From an uncultured Clostridia bacterium (lineage in GTDB: Bacteria > Bacillota > Clostridia > Christensenellales > UBA1242): DNA of 43,471 nt. The position numbers and the translations under genes were made by a program. Location of the stretch: contig CANRGF010000003.1 in assembly GCA_947630075.1 (NCBI GenBank), forward strand, positions 1 through 43,471. Reading direction: 5' to 3'. Positions 9,275 to 18,602 of this stretch are shown here, in pieces (position 1 is the first letter of the stretch; each line of letters opens with the position of its first letter). The notes beneath the pieces are model-generated. The model ran no database searches. It saw only the letters and a list, made by a program, of their open reading frames with translations, and was not told the DNA's origin.

Positions 9275-10774
9275 ATGGACTTTGACACAAAGGTTTGTTT
9301 TTCAAAAAACATTCAAAAACAAAATTTTAATTTAACAATAAGCCTGCCTATTGATAGCAATGTGGGAATTAAAACGATTTTAGATATTAGCGCTTTTGTT
9401 TACGACAAAAAGGTGGATTGCGCAAACGGAAAAGCAATCGTTAGCGGAAAATTGGGAGTGAAAGTGCTTTATGTTGACCAAGACAACATCACAAACACAT
9501 TAACCAGCAATCAGCCTTTCAGCGAGACTGTGCTAGACGAAGCAATCACTGCCGACTGCTTTTTAAACCTGCTAGATTTTGGCGTGGTGAATAACGTGCT
9601 TTCGCAAGACGGGGCGCTAAAAATTAATTGCGATATTAGTTTTTCGCCCGTGCTTTATTTAAACATCGGGCTTAATCAAAATCAAACATTCGAAAACATG
9701 ATTGTGAAAAAGAGCGAAATTAACACCAACACCATTGCTTGTGTGGTGGACACAAACTTCAATTATTCCGCAAACTTTGAAACAAAAGACAATCTAACAA
9801 AAGTGCTCTGCTATAACTCACACTTCACCCCGTCCGCAGTGAGTTGTGATAATGGATTTGCTTTGATTGAAGGCAAACTATTTGCTCATCTCGTGTATGA
9901 AACCAGCAAGGACGATGCTCCTATTATCAAAGAGATGACGGACACATTCAATGTGAAAACAGAAGTCAAAATTGACACGCTCGATAAAGACTGCGTGCTT
10001 GACGCCTGCTTTTCACTCGACAAATCTAAATTTAATCTCACCACAGAAATTGAAGACAATAGCAGTGTGGTGAGTGTGGACCACACAATCTGCCTTGACG
10101 GGGTGGCACTAAAAAACATCAGCCTAGACATTGTGGACGATGTGTATAGCGTGGACAATGAAATTGAAACTCACACAATCACGCGAGATTATTTTGCTTG
10201 TGTGCGCCAAGAGCACGCAACCGAAACCGTTTCTGGTGAATTGTCCATTCTAGATAGTGAACCTGCCATAGATGAAATTGTTTGCAATCTTGACTCTCAG
10301 GCAGAAATCACAAATTCATATATAAAGGACGGCTCTCTGTTTGTGGAAGGTGTGGTTAGCGCACAGACGGTTTATCTTGACGAAAACAAAGCGTATTTAA
10401 ACAAACAAACTGAGTTGCCTTTCGTTGTGAACACTCGCATTCAAGCAGATGATTTAGATGAATTTCACACAAGTGTGTCCGTTTGCGATTGCAAGGCAAA
10501 GTCAAAGCGTGGCACGATAATTGAACTTGAATATAGCCTATGCTTCGCCGTTTGCTTATATAAGAAACAAACAAAGGAAATGATAGACAATCTAACTCTG
10601 GGCAGGCAACTAACATTTGAAGATGTGGACTATCAAATTTTCCTTGCCAAGCCAAATGAAACCACATGGCAACTCTGCAAGCGAATTAAAATTTCGATGG
10701 ACGACTTGCACTTATTCAACAAAGACTTGCCACCTATCTTGGAAGGGGGCGAAAAAATTATTATCAAACGCTAG
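9275..10774 (+). CDS. SPOCS/DUF3794 repeat spore coat morphogenetic protein (SipL-like) with LysM-like C-terminus
   Basis: Three repeats of ..V.G....(V)LY.....PF/TF; C-terminal AKPNETTWQLCKR...N..L...GEKIII; SD AAAGGAGG. Confidence 0.75.
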   Translation: MDFDTKVCFSKNIQKQNFNLTISLPIDSNVGIKTILDISAFVYDKKVDCANGKAIVSGKLGVKVLYVDQDNITNTLTSNQPFSETVLDEAITADCFLNLLDFGVVNNVLSQDGALKINCDISFSPVLYLNIGLNQNQTFENMIVKKSEINTNTIACVVDTNFNYSANFETKDNLTKVLCYNSHFTPSAVSCDNGFALIEGKLFAHLVYETSKDDAPIIKEMTDTFNVKTEVKIDTLDKDCVLDACFSLDKSKFNLTTEIEDNSSVVSVDHTICLDGVALKNISLDIVDDVYSVDNEIETHTITRDYFACVRQEHATETVSGELSILDSEPAIDEIVCNLDSQAEITNSYIKDGSLFVEGVVSAQTVYLDENKAYLNKQTELPFVVNTRIQADDLDEFHTSVSVCDCKAKSKRGTIIELEYSLCFAVCLYKKQTKEMIDNLTLGRQLTFEDVDYQIFLAKPNETTWQLCKRIKISMDDLHLFNKDLPPILEGGEKIIIKR

Positions 10775-10823
10775 AGCGCATAGTGCGCTCTTTTTTAAAA
10801 AAACAAAGGCACAACTGTGCCCT

Positions 10824-11849
10824 TTATTCCAACTCAATGGCTTCCGTGATTTTCTCACTTATATATGTGCCCGCTTTGGATATTTCAATTTCACCTGTGG
10901 TGATATCTTTCACTGCCATGGTTATTGGCATTTTAATTTGTTTTTCTTCATTCACGCGGTTGTTAAATTCGTCCATTTTCTTTATGAGTGCTTGCGCCGT
11001 TTTAATGCCTTCAACCGATTCAATGTTGTAATTTAAGAAATTGCCTGAGAGAGCCTTATTTTCCACAATCGCTTTGCCATAGGTTAGATTTTTGCTGTTG
11101 TGGTCAAAAAACGTGGCTTGGAAATCCCCCAAAAATGCGAGCCCTTGAGCAGTGAGTGGGTCGCCACCAAGTGCATCAATAAACATTCCAATCTCTTTCA
11201 CACTTGCAGGCATAAGTGGACCTTTCTTCTGCTCCATATTAGACCCTTCCAAAATGCCGGCAGCGATGCCTATCACATTTTTTGCGGCAGCACCAATTTC
11301 CACTCCAATGATGTCGCTTGAATAAGCGATGTCCAACAAATTAGGCTTTGAGAAATTTTTAATTAAAAATTTTGCATAAGCTTCGTGATATGCGGAAATT
11401 ATCATGTTGGTTGGCTGGCCCGCATAGATAGATTGCACGTGTCCAGGCCCCACCCACACTGCAATGTTTTCTTTCTTCACACCGTTATCTAGCAAAATTT
11501 CGCTAAGCCTACGCCCTGTGGCGCATTCAACGCCTTTCATATTAAGGCAATATTTCTTGTTTTCATAACCCTTAATTTGCTTGATGGACTGCATAAATTC
11601 ATCTAACTTTTGGCTTAAAATTGAAATGACAATAACCTCGCCAAAATTAACGGCGCGCTCCAAATCGTGCGTCAACTCAATGCCCTTTGGCAACTCCATA
11701 AATGCATTTTTGCGGTTTATAAAAAGTGGGTTATATTCTATATTGTCCTTAGGTGGCAAATCCCACATAAGCACATCGTGTTTGTTGCGGTTTAGGCAGA
11801 ACGCAATGCAGCTCGCCCATCTGCCCGCCCCTAAAACTGTAACTTTCAT
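10824..11849 (-). CDS. gpsA: NAD(P)H-dependent glycerol-3-phosphate dehydrogenase
   Basis: VLGAGRW, KGVE, GP, D..GVEIGAAAKNVIGIAAG, GD, VEG. Confidence 0.9.
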   Translation of the reverse strand: MKVTVLGAGRWASCIAFCLNRNKHDVLMWDLPPKDNIEYNPLFINRKNAFMELPKGIELTHDLERAVNFGEVIVISILSQKLDEFMQSIKQIKGYENKKYCLNMKGVECATGRRLSEILLDNGVKKENIAVWVGPGHVQSIYAGQPTNMIISAYHEAYAKFLIKNFSKPNLLDIAYSSDIIGVEIGAAAKNVIGIAAGILEGSNMEQKKGPLMPASVKEIGMFIDALGGDPLTAQGLAFLGDFQATFFDHNSKNLTYGKAIVENKALSGNFLNYNIESVEGIKTAQALIKKMDEFNNRVNEEKQIKMPITMAVKDITTGEIEISKAGTYISEKITEAIELE

Positions 11850-12307
11850 TGTTTTTCCTTTATATTTTTATCAAATTTTTTACCAACTGTTTTTAAATCT
11901 TTTAACACATCTATAAAATATGATTGATCAGAATTTAATTCAAAATTTAGCAAATTGCTATACATAGGATCATCTCGGTAACTGCCAACAATAAAAACTT
12001 TTCCATCTTTAAAATTTAAATTGAATTTAAGTTCATTTTCGGGCCAAGGTACTTCATAATTAGCCGTTCCGTTCAAAATTTCATAACATTTTTTCAAGTC
12101 CGAATAAAAACTTTTTAATGCACCCGTGCAAGAAAAGTAGTTTTCAGTTGCAACGGCGTACACCCCAACACGAATTGTCAGTTTGCATCTAATATCATAT
12201 CCGTCCCTAAAAGATGTCCTTTCAGGAAAGTCGTACACCTCAACAATTTCAAGTTTTATTTCACCATTAGTCCCTTTGATGTCAAATGCAATCATATTCT
12301 CTTCCAT
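11846..12307 (-). CDS. hypothetical protein, WapI-like immunity protein candidate
   Basis: L..FY..L...Y..L.G.A...EN.L.F.L.F..G.V.I.G...L.FE...DQSY pattern (family recalled from memory); GGAG before ATG 12307. Confidence 0.45.
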   Translation of the reverse strand: MEENMIAFDIKGTNGEIKLEIVEVYDFPERTSFRDGYDIRCKLTIRVGVYAVATENYFSCTGALKSFYSDLKKCYEILNGTANYEVPWPENELKFNLNFKDGKVFIVGSYRDDPMYSNLLNFELNSDQSYFIDVLKDLKTVGKKFDKNIKEKQ

Positions 12308-12321
12308 AATATGCTCCAACT

Positions 12322-13845
12322 TTAATCGTTTTTGTCCGTATCCGGCTTCATTATTGGGAACAAAATCGTGTCGCGCAAGGTTGGAAGGTCATAAATCATC
12401 ATAATAAATCTGTCAATTCCAAAGCCTAAACCAGACATAGGCGGCATTCCGTGCTCCATAGCGAGCAAGAAATCTTCGTCCAAATCCATGGTTTCGTCAT
12501 CACCTTGTGCCTTATCTTTAAGCTGAGCCATAAGTGCCTCGCGCTGCTGAATTGGGTTTACAAGTTCGCTATAAGCATTCAAAATTTCTGCACCATTCAC
12601 CACCACTTGGAAAACATCTGTGATGCGGTCGTCCTTATCATTGCGCCTTGCGAGCGTCTTTAAAAATGCCGGATAATTATATAAAATGGTTGGCCCCACA
12701 ATTTTGCTTCTAATCAACTTTTTATAAACATAGTCAATCACTGCGCGGGTGGATTTATATCCATCCAACTCTGCTCTGTTCATAACTTTATTTTTTTCAA
12801 TTTTGTCAACAAGTTCATCCACATCGGTAATATCCAAAAAGTCAAAACCTAAAAGTTCGCGCATACGCTCAACATAATTAATGCGCTCCCACTTTTCGTT
12901 GCCAAAATCAATAGTGTTGCCTGCAACCGTTATCTTTGTTGTGCCGATTGTGTGCAACATAAGCTCTTTTATAAACTTTTTGAAAAAGCGTATGTTATCT
13001 TCAAAATCCCAATATGCTGCGTACCACTCCACCTGCGTAAACTCTTGCAAATGTGTTGGGTCCATGCCCTCGTTTCTAAAATCTTTGCCAAGTTCAAACA
13101 CTTTGTCAAACCCGGCGGCAGATGTCATTTTAAGCCAAGTTTCAAATGCGATGCGCAAATTGCAATCTAGGTCTAGCGCATTGTGATGAGTGAAGAACGG
13201 CTTAGCACTCGCGCCCGAAACATTAACTTGCAAAACGGGAGTTTCCACTTCAATGAAACCATTTTCTTCTAAAAATCTGCGAACAAAACTAACCGCCCTG
13301 CTGCGCGCCATAAACACTTTGCGGCTATCTTCATTTGAAATTATATCCAAATAGCGCTGACGGTAGCGGCTGTCTGTATCTTGCAAACCATGGAATTTCT
13401 CAGGAAGCCCGCGCAAGGCTTTTGAGAGCAATTCAAACTTTTCCACTTGCACGGTCAACTCGCCCGTCTGCGTGCGGATAAGCTCACCTTCCACGCCGAT
13501 ATGGTCGGCAATGTCGCAATAATCTTTAAAAAATTTTAGCCTCTCTTCACCCACAATGTTGAAATTCAAACTGATTTGCACGCTCGTGCGGATTAGCTTA
13601 GATAAGTCATAATCAAAATTATCACCAATCGAATAAAGACGCGCAAAAATAAGTTTGCCAAAAGTGCGCTTAAAAATCATGCGCCCAGCAATAGAAACGC
13701 GCGTGCCCAACTCAAACTTATCCAAATCGTGAATTTCGTGAGTTTTGTTAAATTTTGCTTTATACGCCTTTTCGCCACAGGCTTCTAACTTTTTAACTTT
13801 TTCAACCTTGATGTCAAATTCGCTCTGTAAATCGTTATTGTCCAT
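12322..13845 (-). CDS. lysS: lysine--tRNA ligase (class II)
   Basis: LPEKFHGLQD...RYRQRYLD, FIEVETP, FRNEG...H..EFT, NAYSELVNP, GMPP..G.G.GIDR. Confidence 0.97.
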   Translation of the reverse strand: MDNNDLQSEFDIKVEKVKKLEACGEKAYKAKFNKTHEIHDLDKFELGTRVSIAGRMIFKRTFGKLIFARLYSIGDNFDYDLSKLIRTSVQISLNFNIVGEERLKFFKDYCDIADHIGVEGELIRTQTGELTVQVEKFELLSKALRGLPEKFHGLQDTDSRYRQRYLDIISNEDSRKVFMARSRAVSFVRRFLEENGFIEVETPVLQVNVSGASAKPFFTHHNALDLDCNLRIAFETWLKMTSAAGFDKVFELGKDFRNEGMDPTHLQEFTQVEWYAAYWDFEDNIRFFKKFIKELMLHTIGTTKITVAGNTIDFGNEKWERINYVERMRELLGFDFLDITDVDELVDKIEKNKVMNRAELDGYKSTRAVIDYVYKKLIRSKIVGPTILYNYPAFLKTLARRNDKDDRITDVFQVVVNGAEILNAYSELVNPIQQREALMAQLKDKAQGDDETMDLDEDFLLAMEHGMPPMSGLGFGIDRFIMMIYDLPTLRDTILFPIMKPDTDKND

Positions 13846-13977
13846 AAAAATACCTCGCATATATTTTAACATAAATCAAAAAAATATTAAACTAATTTTA
13901 AGCACATTTAAAAACTTTAAAAAAATATGTGAAACAAAATTTGGCAAAAATTTCAAAATGTTTCACATAACCCACAC

Positions 13978-14287
13978 TTACTTTTTAAAAGTTTTTATAT
14001 GCCCAACAATTTCGCCCACTTCTTCATCTGTCAAAACATAAACAAATTTCATCAATCACATATTTTTGATTTTTGCTAACTGTTTGCAAGTCAACAATAT
14101 GATTGTCATGACCAATTAGAGTGTCAACACTAACACCAAAAAAGTCCGCCATTTTAATTAGCGTATCAATGTTTGGTTCATTTCTGCCATTCTCATAACT
14201 TTGATATGTCGTTCTAGAAACATTTAAATGCTGGGCTAATTCTCTTTGGGAAACTTTTTTGCTTTTTCTAAAAAACTTAGTGTTCAT
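13978..14287 (-). pseudogene. Xre-family HTH regulator with an apparent 1-nt insertion near 14044-14046
   Basis: SQRELAQHLNVSRTTYQSYENGRNEPNIDTL...FFGVSVDTLIG. As read, the frame stops at 14024. Removing one base gives a plausible tail VYVLTDEEVGEIVGHIKTFKK ending at 13978. Confidence 0.6.
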
Positions 14288-14540
14288 AAAAGCATTATAA
14301 ATCAACAAATCATAGATTTAATTAAATATCTTCTAAATTTTTTGCACGAGTATTAAATGTATCAAAAATTTAGTTTTTGAGCACCAAAAGTATGCTTTTT
14401 ACTCAAATTTTTACTTTTTGATATGTTTTGTGGCAAATTTTAAGATTTTTGATGTAATTTATATCGTTTGTTTATTTTTTTAAAAAAGGCAACCAACTTT
14501 TTCAATATTCCATTAAATTAAATAATAAAGGTGTTATATT

Positions 14541-14822
14541 ATGACAATGAAAGAATATGATTATTGTTTAAATTGCAAACATTTTCGCCAACACTATGTA
14601 AACATTTAAAATGTTGGATTGAGAAAAACGAGTTGCGGACACTGTTGTGAACACAATATAAAATATGGTTGCGAACATTTTGAAAAAAGAGATGAAACAA
14701 ATCAAAATCTTTATGAAAACGAAGTTGAACTTGCAAACCTATTAATTTCCACTAAAAATCATTTAAAAGACTTTCTTTATCATTTGGAAAAATTAGAATT
14801 GCTTTTCAAAAATGACAAATAA
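14541..14822 (+). pseudogene. Cys-rich small protein with an in-frame TAA
   Basis: MTMKEYDYCLNCKHFRQHYVNI*NVGLRKTSCGHCCEH...CEHF is all in one frame; stop at 14607-14609; SD AAAGGTG. Confidence 0.6.
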
Positions 14823-14850
14823 AAAAAGTGGCGAATGCCACTTTATTTTT
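14821..14850. terminator. bidirectional intrinsic terminator
   Basis: AAAGTGGC gaat GCCACTTT between convergent genes. Confidence 0.75.
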
Positions 14851-15577
14851 TAAAGATAGGTTTAACCACCACATGACGCTTTTCACCTTCGCCCGTGGAT
14901 TCTGTGGTTACATCTTCACGGTCTTGCAAGGTGGTGTGAATGATGCGCCTTTCATAAGCGTTCATTGGGTCAAGGTGAATGTTTCGCTCAATTTTAATTG
15001 CCTGCTCTGCGGTTTTATTTGCCAAATCCACCAAACTTTGATTGCGGTTCGCTTTATAGCCGTTTATATCCAAATATAAACGCACAGGGCCTTCGCTTCT
15101 AAGTTTTATGCCACTGAGCAAAAGTTGAAGTGCTTGCAAATTTTCGCCGTGATATCCTATAAGTTTGCCCAAATTTTCACCTTTAATTGAAAATGTGATT
15201 TCGTTTTCCCCGGCAGTGCAATCCGCTGTGGCAGATTTATCCACCAACTGTGCCAAACCGAGCAAAAATTCAACGCCGCGCTTTTCAAGCCTAGAAGTGT
15301 CCACCACACGCTTTGGTTTAACCGGCGCACTAGCGAGAGCGGTTTTTTCTTCCACAATCTCCTCTGCTTTTTGCTCTGGCTCTGCGGTTGGCTCTAATTT
15401 TTCCTCTGGCTTTGCTTCTGGGGTTTCTTCTCCCAAAACAAGTTCAACTTTCGCCTTTTTAAATAACCCGCCTTCTTCAATCACTTTAACCTGCACTTCT
15501 TCGCGCGTGAGCCCGCACTCTAAAAGCCCATTTTGAATTGCTAATTCCACATTTTTGCCTGTTGCTTCCAATCTCAT
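14843..15577 (-). CDS. jag: Jag/KhpB (SpoIIIJ-associated RNA-binding protein; Jag_N, KH, R3H)
   Basis: EATGKNVELAI, LIGYHGENLQALQ, PMNAYERRIIH, T.S.GEG..RHVVV. Confidence 0.95.
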   Translation of the reverse strand: MRLEATGKNVELAIQNGLLECGLTREEVQVKVIEEGGLFKKAKVELVLGEETPEAKPEEKLEPTAEPEQKAEEIVEEKTALASAPVKPKRVVDTSRLEKRGVEFLLGLAQLVDKSATADCTAGENEITFSIKGENLGKLIGYHGENLQALQLLLSGIKLRSEGPVRLYLDINGYKANRNQSLVDLANKTAEQAIKIERNIHLDPMNAYERRIIHTTLQDREDVTTESTGEGEKRHVVVKPIFKK

Positions 15578-15801
15578 AACATGCTCCTTTTAATTGAAAT
15601 TTTAAGAATTGCCCAAGGTGAGAGCAAATTCTCTTTTCAACAATAAACATAAAATTAAATAAAATAAATTTTAAATGCTTAACTAATAGTTAAAAAGGGC
15701 AAAATTTAATAATCAAATTTTAAGATTTTATTGTGCTTTTATTATATCACAAAAAAAGAAAAAAGGCAAGTTGTTTTGCCTTTTTTGAAAAATTCTTAAA
15801 A

Positions 15802-16140
15802 TTAAACCAATTCGAACTCAATTCCCACCACGCCATACTTGTTTTGCTCACTTAAAGGATAAAAATTTTCCATATCGTGCGGGTTGGCTTTTTGGTTGGG
15901 TAAATAGCCTAATTTTGCGTTATCTAAGTTTTTATAGAGTTCGATAAAATTTTTAAACTTGTGAAGGGCTTTTATTTTAACTTTTAGTTTCAAATTTTCG
16001 TGTTCTGCGTTGGTGAAAATCAAATAATCTCCCACCTTATACGCACTGCGCTTTTCATCTAGCAAACGCATTTCAATTGTTTTGTGCCCAGATTTCACTA
16101 GAGCAAAATATTCATCGTTTAAATGTAAGTTGAAAGTCAT
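15802..16140 (-). CDS. ASCH domain protein
   Basis: F..VKSG.KTIEMRL.DEKR...GD...F...YGVVGI. Confidence 0.88.
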   Translation of the reverse strand: MTFNLHLNDEYFALVKSGHKTIEMRLLDEKRSAYKVGDYLIFTNAEHENLKLKVKIKALHKFKNFIELYKNLDNAKLGYLPNQKANPHDMENFYPLSEQNKYGVVGIEFELV

Positions 16141-16146
16141 TTTTCC

Positions 16147-17199
16147 CTACTTTTTATAGTTTCTTGAATATTCCACCACTTCCACATTCTTTTTCTTTAA
16201 AAGCAACTGCTCATTGCCTTCATATTTCTTATTTATCTTCCTAAATATGAGTGAAATGATTGTGGAAATGATTGCCGACATGATTGAGTTTGCAAGGATA
16301 TAAAGTGTGTAAACGCAGTTTGAATTGATTGCAAGGATAAACATCGTGATTGGAATGATGCCAAACATCACCTTGTTCATCATGCTCATTTTCTGCCCTT
16401 TTGGAGCGAGCAGTTTTGCAGACAATAGTTGGGTTAGGAATGACACAACCACAGCAAGAATTATAAGCACATATATGCCGTTTGGCTGAGCCTTTTCGCC
16501 ATCTATGGCTTTTGTGATAATTCCATATCTATCTTTAACGGCGTCCGCTTCGGCACCTTCAATTTTTTCATTTTTAATATAGTCTTCTATATCCACGAAT
16601 TGGCTGGTTTTAGTGTCGCTCTTCCAAACGTTTTTAATCCAAAGCCAACTATTCTTTTTCTTCATGTCCTCATATTTTTGCACGGCGGATTTTGTGGCCA
16701 ATTCTTTTGCTTCAACAATCTGCCCATCAGTTGGGTCTTCCCCCGCCTTCTTTATTTCGGCATTATAAGTTTGAACATACGCACTATCTAGTTCGCGATA
16801 ACTTTCATAAAGTTTTTCGTTGCCATACGCCCTAACCGAGCCGAACAGCGAAAACACGATGACAATGTTTAGCACCATAGACAATAGCATTATTAAGCAG
16901 CTGCCGCCCATGCCAGTGTTGTATTTCTTATAAACCTTATTTGTTTCCTGATTTAGTTTCTCTTTATTGTTGCCATATTTCTTTTGCAAGGCGTCAAGTT
17001 CGGGTTGCATAGCGGCAGAAACGCGCGCCTGCTTTTGCCCCGCCACCCTTTGCAAAACATCTAATGGACTGAGCACAATCTTCAACACTATAGTAAAAAC
17101 CACGATTGCCCAGCCGTAGCTCACAATCCATTTTGCAAATTGATTGATTAAAATTGTCCATAAATTATTGCCCGCAAGCAATGTTGATAAATTTAACAT
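16147..17199 (-). CDS. yidC: membrane protein insertase YidC/SpoIIIJ
   Basis: YGWAIVVFTIVLK..L.P...MQPEL..LQKKY...YKK; WLWIKN; synteny with yidD/rnpA/rpmH. Confidence 0.92.
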   Translation of the reverse strand: MLNLSTLLAGNNLWTILINQFAKWIVSYGWAIVVFTIVLKIVLSPLDVLQRVAGQKQARVSAAMQPELDALQKKYGNNKEKLNQETNKVYKKYNTGMGGSCLIMLLSMVLNIVIVFSLFGSVRAYGNEKLYESYRELDSAYVQTYNAEIKKAGEDPTDGQIVEAKELATKSAVQKYEDMKKKNSWLWIKNVWKSDTKTSQFVDIEDYIKNEKIEGAEADAVKDRYGIITKAIDGEKAQPNGIYVLIILAVVVSFLTQLLSAKLLAPKGQKMSMMNKVMFGIIPITMFILAINSNCVYTLYILANSIMSAIISTIISLIFRKINKKYEGNEQLLLKKKNVEVVEYSRNYKK

Positions 17200-17223
17200 A
17201 ATAATTCCTATTTAAAAGCAAAG

Positions 17224-17499
17224 TTAACATTTATATTTATAATTGCCATGCAAATTGAGTTTTGGAAAGTCCACTCCCGCAGCATGATGCGCTCTGCACC
17301 TTAAAAGCCTTTTAGTGGCATAAATTATGCCCAAAATTGCACCAAACTCCCAAATGCACCAAAGTGCGTAGGTTGAGCAAGTGGGCAAATATTTGCACCC
17401 ATTACCTATGATTTTGCTAAGAGTTAGTTTGTATGCCCAAATGAGCAAAACGCACAGAAGTGTGAGCGGAAAAGTGAGGATATAAAAAACTCTAAACAT
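17224..17499 (-). CDS. yidD: membrane protein insertion efficiency factor
   Basis: CKYLPTCSTYA...G...RLLRC...G.D. Confidence 0.92.
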   Translation of the reverse strand: MFRVFYILTFPLTLLCVLLIWAYKLTLSKIIGNGCKYLPTCSTYALWCIWEFGAILGIIYATKRLLRCRAHHAAGVDFPKLNLHGNYKYKC

Positions 17500-17923
17500 T
17501 TTTGCTCTTCTTTTGGCTAGCAGATTTTGCCGATTTTTTTGGCTCAGTGGCGAGTTTTTTGGTTTCTGCTCTGTTTTCTTTTGCCTCGCCCTTCATTAGC
17601 CCGTTTTTCTTCAACATGGCAAGCAACTCTTCTTCAACCTCTGTGGACTTTTTCTCCACGATTGGAGGCTTCGCCGTGATAATATAGTTTTTAATGGCAA
17701 ACTTTTCAATGTTTAGCCTGCACGCTTCGCTTATAATTCGCTTAACGCGGCTTCTAATCACGCTATTGCCAACCTGCTTTGAAACGCTAATGCCAATTTG
17801 AGCATAAGGCTTGAAAGCGCGAACGTAATGAATTGAAAAGTCGGCGCAATGTGCAATCTGCCCCTTCTTATAAATATAATTAAATTCCTTCCGCTTTTTT
17901 AAGCGGTTGACTTTGCTTAACAT
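17492..17923 (-). CDS. rnpA: ribonuclease P protein component (basic C-terminal extension)
   Basis: RLKKRKEF..IY, GISVSKQVGNSVIRSRVKR. Confidence 0.95.
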   Translation of the reverse strand: MLSKVNRLKKRKEFNYIYKKGQIAHCADFSIHYVRAFKPYAQIGISVSKQVGNSVIRSRVKRIISEACRLNIEKFAIKNYIITAKPPIVEKKSTEVEEELLAMLKKNGLMKGEAKENRAETKKLATEPKKSAKSASQKKSKNV

Positions 17924-17931
17924 TCCCGCTC

Positions 17932-18066
17932 CTAAACGGTTAATTCTTTTCTGCCCTTATTTCTGCGCCTTTTTAACACATTTCTGCCAGACAAAGTTCT
18001 CATTCTGGCCCTAAACCCGTGCACTTTGTTGCGCTGTTTCTTTTTTGGCTGATAAGTCTGTTTCAT
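17932..18066 (-). CDS. rpmH: 50S ribosomal protein L34
   Basis: Not in the ORF track (44 aa): [44 protein letters not shown]; SD AAGGAG. Confidence 0.97.
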   Translation of the reverse strand: MKQTYQPKKKQRNKVHGFRARMRTLSGRNVLKRRRNKGRKELTV

Positions 18067-18176
18067 TTAGTTCTCCTTTTAATAGACTAGGTTATAATAA
18101 CAAAAAAAACAGTTAATGTCAATAAGAAAACGGCAAAAACTCCAATAAAAAGCACCTCATTTAAGCCAATATTAAT

Positions 18177-18282
18177 AAAAAAGCCCGCTCTTGCGGGCTC
18201 GATTGGCAGGCCTTGACCAAGTTCAAAATTACTCGTGCGTCCGGGAGTAGTCGCTAGTCCACAACACTTTCCTCTCTTGAAC
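18177..18282 (-). ncRNA. candidate ~106-nt small RNA (or mini-ORF transcript)
   Basis: TTGACA-18-TATAAT promoter (18289-18318); GC-rich body with GTTCAA/TTGAAC and TACTC/GAGTA pairings; terminator AGCCCGC aaga GCGGGCT followed by a T-run. Confidence 0.5.
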
Positions 18283-18352
18283 GATATAATTATAACTGAC
18301 ACTTTGGGGTCATGTCAAGTATTTTTATTCGATTTTTGAAATAATATTGAAT

Positions 18353-18580
18353 ATGGAAAATAAAGAGCAAGTGTTAAAAATATTTGCCAAAAAACTTAAA
18401 GAACTCTTGAAGGAAAACAATCTAAACAACTCCACCTTCGCTGCAAAATGCGGAATTCCTCGCACCACAATTAATAGTTGGACAGAGTGCAAGAAAATTC
18501 CAAAGGCGGACGCATTGCTAGTGGTGGCAGAGTTTTTTAATGTGTCGGTGGATTTCTTGCTTGGGAGAGAAGATTTTTAA
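18353..18580 (+). CDS. Xre-family HTH regulator
   Basis: LKELLKE...FAAKCGIPRTTINSW...P..DAL...AEFFNVSVDFLLGR. Confidence 0.88.
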   Translation: MENKEQVLKIFAKKLKELLKENNLNNSTFAAKCGIPRTTINSWTECKKIPKADALLVVAEFFNVSVDFLLGREDF

Positions 18581-18602
18581 AAAGGCCGCATTGAGCGGCT
18601 TT

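Noticed and set aside
13926-13974. parS site
   Set aside because: The half-sites are reversed and 22 bp apart; the best contiguous 16-mer has 4 mismatches to TGTTTCACGTGAAACA.
14607-14609. Stop-codon reassignment
   Set aside because: TAA, TAG and TGA all terminate conserved genes at the expected positions in this window.
18177-18282. 6S RNA, SRP RNA or tRNA identity for the sRNA candidate
   Set aside because: Too short for 6S, no SRP domain IV motif, no cloverleaf.
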